The notes beneath the pieces were generated by a model. It had not been told where the DNA came from and did not search any database. It saw only the letters and a program-made list of their open reading frames with translations. A stretch of DNA of 20,349 nt from Candidatus Methanomethylophilaceae archaeon (GTDB lineage: Archaea > Thermoplasmatota > Thermoplasmata > Methanomassiliicoccales > Methanomethylophilaceae), in NCBI GenBank assembly GCA_050944155.1, contig JBMNQN010000016.1, positions 1 through 20,349 on the forward strand, written 5' to 3'. Position 1 is the stretch's first letter. Each line of letters opens with the position of its first letter. The translations under genes were made by a program, and so were the position numbers. Shown piece after piece: positions 15,259 through 20,349 of the stretch.

Positions 15259-17493
15259 ATGGAAGTAGAAGATTGGCTCGGCAGGGATAACCAGCTCGGA
15301 ATCGACATATGGCAGAAGAAATACTGCCACAACGGCGAATCCTTCGATCATTGGCTGGACAGGGTTTCCGACGGAAACAGAGACATACGAAGACTCATCG
15401 TCGAGAAAAAATTCCTTTTCGGAGGCCGTATCCTTTCCAACAGAACCCTCGAACGGACCGGTCTCAAAGTCACGTATTCCAACTGCTACGTTCTGACTCC
15501 TCCCGAAGATTCCATCGAATCCATATTCGAAGCCGCGGGCAAACTTGCGAGAACGTTCAGCTACGGCGGCGGAGTGGGAATCGATCTTTCCAAACTCGCC
15601 CCCAGGGGAGCCAAGATAAACAATACCGCATCCGAAACTTCCGGTTCCGTCTCTTTCACGGATCTTTATTCAATGGTCACCGGCCTGATAGGACAGCACG
15701 GACGCCGCGGCGCCCTTATGCTTTCTCTGTCCTGCGAACACCCCGACCTCGAAGAATTCGCGGCCGTGAAAACGGATTTGGAAAGAGTCACCAAAGCCAA
15801 CATGTCCATCAGAATGACCGACGAGTTCATGAACGCGGTCAAAGACAAAAAAATATTCACCCAGAGGTTTACCAGACCCGAAACCGGCGAAGAAACCGTA
15901 AAAGAACTGGACGCCGACGCGTTTTTCAAGAAAATGTGCAGCGCCAACTGGGATTACGGAGAGCCGGGATGTCTGTTCTGGGACAGGATTTCCGACTGGA
16001 ACCTTCTCAGCGAATTCCCGAATTACGAATACGCCGGCACCAACCCCTGTGCGGAAGAACCTCTTCCCGCGGGAGGAAGCTGTCTCCTGGGAAGTCTGAA
16101 TCTTTCGGCTTTCGTCAAGGACGGACTGTTTGCCGAAGAAGAATTCCGGGACGCGGTACGCATAGCGGTCCGCGGTCTGAACGAAGTTCTCGACGCGGGT
16201 CTTCCCCTGCATCCTCTCGAAGAGCAGAGAGACTCGGTGTTCAAATGGAGGCAGATCGGACTGGGAATAATGGGTCTCGCCGACCTTCTCATAAAACTCA
16301 GGCTCAGATACGGTTCCGAAGAAGCAGTGGAATTCTGCGACAGACTCGGGTTCATAATGGCGGACACGGCGATAAACGAATCCGCCCGTCTTGCCAAGGA
16401 AGAGGGAATGTTCCCCGAATGCGTGATAGAAAACATTCTCGCTTCCCCGTACTTCAAGGCGAACACCACCCAGGAGACGAGAGACCTGGTATCTCAGTAC
16501 GGACTGAGGCATTCCCAGCTTCTTACGATAGCCCCCACAGGAACGCTTTCCACCATGCTGGGTATTTCCGGGGGAATCGAACCCATATTCGCCAACTACT
16601 ACGAACGCAGAACCGTGTCCCTCTCTAACAAAGACGAGTACTACAAAGTGTACACGCCCATAGTCAAAGAATACATGGACAATCACGGGTACGACGACGA
16701 TTCCGAACTCCCCGACTATTTCGTCAACGCGCAGATTCTGGATTACAAACAGCGCCTCGACATGCAGGCGGCGTGGCAGAACCACATCGACGCGTCCATA
16801 AGTTCCACCGTAAACCTTCACGCCGAGTTCCCCGAAGAGGACGTGGAAGGCCTTTACATGTACGCCTGGGAGAAAGGCTGCAAAGGTGTGACCGTTTTCA
16901 GGGACGGGTGCAAGCGCGACAGCATTCTCACCCCCAAGAAATCCGAAGAGGAAACCAAGAAAGAGAAGGAAGAGGAAGACGCCAAGAAGAAACGCGGTTC
17001 GGTTCTCGAGGTCGCGGACGACGTGGTGGGAAAGAAACGCAAACTGATGACCGGCTGCGGAAGCCTGCACTGTACGGCGTTCTTCGATCCCGAATCCGGA
17101 GATCTGGTGGAAGCGTATCTCAACAAAGGATCCACCGGCGGATGCAACAACTTCATGATTGGACTTTCCAGAATGATTTCTCTGGCGGCAAGAAGCGGAT
17201 GCGACATATATGCCATAGTGGACCAGCTCAAAAGCTGCGGTTCCTGTCCTTCGTACACCGTGCGTACGTTCACGAAACACGATACCAGCAAAGGTTCCTG
17301 CTGCCCCATGGCGGTGGGCTACGCACTGGTCGACATGTGGAAGGAGATGCAGGTCGAAGTCAAAGGCGTCGAGAACGTACCCTCGGAGCCGGTCAGGAAA
17401 GTCATCAATCCGTGTCCCAAATGCGGTTCCGAACTGGAATTCCAGGGCGGGTGCAACGTGTGCAAGGCATGCGGCTGGACCAAGTGTGATTAA
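15259..17493 (+). CDS. nrdJ: Adenosylcobalamin-dependent (class II) ribonucleotide reductase
   Basis: FLFGGR, YSNCYV, GGGVG, RRGALM, TNPCAEEPL (thiyl radical Cys), SCLLGSLNL, TIAPTGT, ISSTVN, KGVTVFRDG. C-terminal TSCPD-like Cys-rich domain and CPKC...CKACGWTKC zinc ribbon. No nrdB adjacent. Confidence 0.93.
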   Translation: MEVEDWLGRDNQLGIDIWQKKYCHNGESFDHWLDRVSDGNRDIRRLIVEKKFLFGGRILSNRTLERTGLKVTYSNCYVLTPPEDSIESIFEAAGKLARTFSYGGGVGIDLSKLAPRGAKINNTASETSGSVSFTDLYSMVTGLIGQHGRRGALMLSLSCEHPDLEEFAAVKTDLERVTKANMSIRMTDEFMNAVKDKKIFTQRFTRPETGEETVKELDADAFFKKMCSANWDYGEPGCLFWDRISDWNLLSEFPNYEYAGTNPCAEEPLPAGGSCLLGSLNLSAFVKDGLFAEEEFRDAVRIAVRGLNEVLDAGLPLHPLEEQRDSVFKWRQIGLGIMGLADLLIKLRLRYGSEEAVEFCDRLGFIMADTAINESARLAKEEGMFPECVIENILASPYFKANTTQETRDLVSQYGLRHSQLLTIAPTGTLSTMLGISGGIEPIFANYYERRTVSLSNKDEYYKVYTPIVKEYMDNHGYDDDSELPDYFVNAQILDYKQRLDMQAAWQNHIDASISSTVNLHAEFPEEDVEGLYMYAWEKGCKGVTVFRDGCKRDSILTPKKSEEETKKEKEEEDAKKKRGSVLEVADDVVGKKRKLMTGCGSLHCTAFFDPESGDLVEAYLNKGSTGGCNNFMIGLSRMISLAARSGCDIYAIVDQLKSCGSCPSYTVRTFTKHDTSKGSCCPMAVGYALVDMWKEMQVEVKGVENVPSEPVRKVINPCPKCGSELEFQGGCNVCKACGWTKCD

Positions 17494-17605
17494 AATAGGT
17501 AATGCGATTCCTATACCGGAGGGGCAGCGGTAAGACCACGTTCCTTTTGCACGCGCTGCGTCGGCGGCAACATCAAAATAATACTTGGACTGGCACGCGT
17601 TCGGC

Positions 17606-18112
17606 TCAGCCGACCCCTTCGCTTCTCCATACCGAGAATGCGTACGACTGAAAGAGCATCGCAATGCCGATTCCGCCGGCCGTTCCGGAAAGGAATCTGA
17701 GATATTTCAGGTCGTATCCCATTACGGCTCCGACGGCCCATTCTCCGAAAAGAACCGCCAGAAACAGAAGACCCAGTATGTTAAGTTTCGTTCCGCGGAT
17801 TTCCGTTCTTTCCAGAATATATCCCAAAACCGGAAGTCCCGATGCGAATCCGAAAATCATTCCCACGTCTCTCGAGCAGAACGCCGTCTGCGACCCGTTT
17901 ATTACGAAACTCCTGTCCGTCTGCTGATGGCAGAACATGTCTCCCAGAGCGTAAATCCACTCGGAAATTCTCCAGTCGTGATCCATAACTCCCGACGTTC
18001 CTCCGAGATCCGTGAAATGTCCGTACGGAAATAGAAACGGAGTCAGAAGTATAACGGCAAGCAGGGCTGCGGTGACTGTTGCGAAAAAATACCCCGGAGC
18101 CGAAGCCTTCAT
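17606..18112 (-). CDS. DUF2085-family membrane protein
   Basis: GDMFCHQQTDRSF...GSQTAFCSRDVG motif flanked by TM helices. Confidence 0.85.
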   Translation of the reverse strand: MKASAPGYFFATVTAALLAVILLTPFLFPYGHFTDLGGTSGVMDHDWRISEWIYALGDMFCHQQTDRSFVINGSQTAFCSRDVGMIFGFASGLPVLGYILERTEIRGTKLNILGLLFLAVLFGEWAVGAVMGYDLKYLRFLSGTAGGIGIAMLFQSYAFSVWRSEGVG

Positions 18113-18147
18113 GCTGCCCGATGGCTCCGGGAATATAAAACAGGGTT

Positions 18148-19533
18148 TCAGAAAGAGAACTGCATACAGAGGAAAAACACGATCATCGATACGGGAAGCA
18201 TCATGGAAAACCTGTACACGCTTTCCCTGACGCCGTTCTTTCCCGCAAGGGCGGAAGTGAGCAGCGCCATCATCGCGCAGAGTTCCGCAAGGTACACGGT
18301 AACGATAATTGCGGTTCCGCCAAGGTCCACGGAGTCGGATATCGTTCTTAGGGGTTCAAGCATGGAAATGCAAAGACCCAGTACCAAAGGTGCGAACACG
18401 GCGGCGGTGGCCGTCATCATATCAAGCACGCTCTTCAGTTTGTTGTTTATTCCCTTCGTGACGGTTTCCTGGTCCTGAATCTGCCTTCCCATGGAAATAG
18501 CCAGACGTCCCGCGTCCCTCAGATCTTTTCCGGAAGCGGCGAGAACGTCGCAGTAGATTTCCGCAACCTGCGGAGATACCGTTCCGACGGAAAGCATAAT
18601 CGCCGAACGCACGTCCCCGCGGCACAGTACGGATTCTCTTCTGAAACTCTCCGCAATTCCGGCAGTTTCTTTTCTTACGTTGAGAGCTCCGTATACGGCA
18701 TTCTCGAAGTTGTCTCCGGAAATCATGCGATTTCCCAGATCGAAAACCGAATCCTTAAGCAGTTTTTCGGTTTCCAGACGCTTCTTTTCCGCCGTGTGCG
18801 CGGGATAAAGAAACGCGAAAGCAGCGGCGCCCGCAATTGCGGAAGAAAATACCGCGGCAGTTACGAAATCTTCCGTCGTTTTCCAGATCAGTATTCCCAG
18901 GGGAAAGGCTAACGCAAGGGGAACCGCTGATTTCCAGTCCCTGTCGCCCTTCTCGAAGAAGGGGTTCTTTTCTTTGAGAGACAGCGCAACGGAAAGTACC
19001 GCGGCGGGAATTATCACGAGAGTCACGATAATCATGGGTTCTGTGCCGAAGGGGGAATCGAAAATTCCGCCTATCTGCATCAAAGGCAGGATTGACATCA
19101 TAATCATGGGAACCATAATACCCAGACCGAAAATAATCATACACGGATTGGAGAGGGAGGAGCTGTAGGATTCCCCCGTTTCCTTCAGGCTGCTCAGGGA
19201 AATGTCCGTGGCGTCCTTCAGTATTCTGGTTTTCTCCGCACCTTCCGCCGTTTCCGAAGCGGCCATGAGCATGTTCATGGAACGTCTGAATCCCGCCAGT
19301 TCTTTGGGAAGCGAAGATATCAGTCCGTTAAGTCCGGTTTTTATGTCTGGATTCACCCTTATGTCGGCGTCCGCAACGATGCGGGAAAAGAATTTCTTTG
19401 CGGACGGGGGACCGTCTTCCGCCACGGTTCTGACGGCGGAATCCAAAGAACCTCCGGATTCAATCACGACGGACATCATTCCCGTTATTTTCGGCCCTTC
19501 CCGTATCAGGGGACGGAATTCGGAATTCTTCAA
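18148..19533 (-). CDS. Type II secretion F / TadC-like membrane platform protein
   Basis: Two cytoplasmic helical domains, each followed by TM clusters (IFGLGIMVPMI; TAAVFAPLVLG). Directly downstream of a secretion ATPase. TTG start. Confidence 0.7.
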   Translation of the reverse strand: MKNSEFRPLIREGPKITGMMSVVIESGGSLDSAVRTVAEDGPPSAKKFFSRIVADADIRVNPDIKTGLNGLISSLPKELAGFRRSMNMLMAASETAEGAEKTRILKDATDISLSSLKETGESYSSSLSNPCMIIFGLGIMVPMIMMSILPLMQIGGIFDSPFGTEPMIIVTLVIIPAAVLSVALSLKEKNPFFEKGDRDWKSAVPLALAFPLGILIWKTTEDFVTAAVFSSAIAGAAAFAFLYPAHTAEKKRLETEKLLKDSVFDLGNRMISGDNFENAVYGALNVRKETAGIAESFRRESVLCRGDVRSAIMLSVGTVSPQVAEIYCDVLAASGKDLRDAGRLAISMGRQIQDQETVTKGINNKLKSVLDMMTATAAVFAPLVLGLCISMLEPLRTISDSVDLGGTAIIVTVYLAELCAMMALLTSALAGKNGVRESVYRFSMMLPVSMIVFFLCMQFSF

Positions 19534-19534
19534 T

Positions 19535-20347
19535 TCATTCGCCCCCGTCCATCTGCATCTTGACCTCGAATCTTCTTACCGATTCGTCTTCGGAAATTCC
19601 CTGGTTCTTCGCTATGTGCTCGTTCGCAATGTTGATCCACTCCGGCCCCAGATATTTCTCGTTTTCCTGTCCTTTTTCCGCGAGGAGGGTTCTGAGTCTT
19701 CCTCTGAGCCTTACCTCTTCCATCATAGTTCCGAAATCCGTTCCGGCAGAGGAAAGAATTCTTGAAACCACGGGAGAAGTACGCAGATTTTTGGGTTGGG
19801 AAATATCCGTGAAACTTCCTATTTTCTTTCCGGTTGCGACTATCTGGGTCATTTTTCTGGTCTGGTTTCCGGTGGCCTTGTCCCTGAACGTTCCCAGGGT
19901 AACCAGCACGTCGGTGGCCATGAAGGCTTCCGGCGCTATCCCCATATCGTGGACGACGCGTTCGTACACGGTTTTGGCGGAGTCTCCGTGTATCGTCCCC
20001 ATAATCGAACTTCCCGCTCTGCCGGTTCTCATGCTCTGGTACAGCGTTTTCGCTTCTTCCCCTCTGACTTCTCCGAGGACAATCGCGGATTCCCCCATCC
20101 TCAGGGAGACTCTCAGCGCCTCTTCCGCTCTCGAGAGACTGTTTCCGTCCATGCGTTCGCTGACCAGCATGGACTGGACTTTGTATCCCATCTTTCTCAT
20201 CTTCTCGCCGGGAAGTTCCATGGTGTCCTCGATGGTCAGAATCCTTTGGGACAGGGGGAATTCGAACATAAGAGCGGAAAGAAGTGAACTCTTTCCCGCA
20301 CCTCTGGCACCGCATATGAGGAACGTGCAGCGGTTGTCAACGAGATA
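19535..20347 (-). CDS. Type II/IV secretion system (VirB11/TadA-like) ATPase, 5'-truncated by the window edge
   Basis: Frame is open to the window end. Walker A GARGAGKS, Asp box TIEDTMEL, Walker B LGEVRGEEA, His box GTIHG. Confidence 0.9.
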   Translation of the reverse strand, partial: YLVDNRCTFLICGARGAGKSSLLSALMFEFPLSQRILTIEDTMELPGEKMRKMGYKVQSMLVSERMDGNSLSRAEEALRVSLRMGESAIVLGEVRGEEAKTLYQSMRTGRAGSSIMGTIHGDSAKTVYERVVHDMGIAPEAFMATDVLVTLGTFRDKATGNQTRKMTQIVATGKKIGSFTDISQPKNLRTSPVVSRILSSAGTDFGTMMEEVRLRGRLRTLLAEKGQENEKYLGPEWINIANEHIAKNQGISEDESVRRFEVKMQMDGGE

Positions 20348-20349
20348 GG

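Noticed and set aside
15670-17664. 664-aa ORF antisense to nrdJ
   Set aside because: Expected stop-poor antisense frame from codon bias. No motifs.

Overview
Gene-dense archaeal chromosomal window, mostly housekeeping. The archaeal SRP54, TrmY, aCPSF1/FttA, proteasome beta, class I HMG-CoA reductase and PPAT-ITPase fusion suggest Thermoplasmata, most likely Methanomassiliicoccales. This is an inference: no methanogenesis, pyl or sel genes are in the window. I call 21 protein genes and see no mobile element, CRISPR, tRNA or rRNA. The main anomaly is a full-length AqpZ-type aquaporin frame (14401..15114) that the ORF track fragments. It has no indels and both NPA motifs are intact, but it carries an in-frame TGA at the conserved GCG-motif cysteine and an in-frame TAG in loop D. 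None of the 21 genes terminates with TAG (16 TGA, 5 TAA), which fits amber/pyrrolysine recoding, although a young pseudogene is equally possible. Other candidates: a small ncRNA upstream of srp54, a degenerate ETF-like pair with a Cys-rich N-terminal tail, a perfect palindrome over the nrdJ TATA box, and a recurring post-stop CAAAC-pyrimidine motif.
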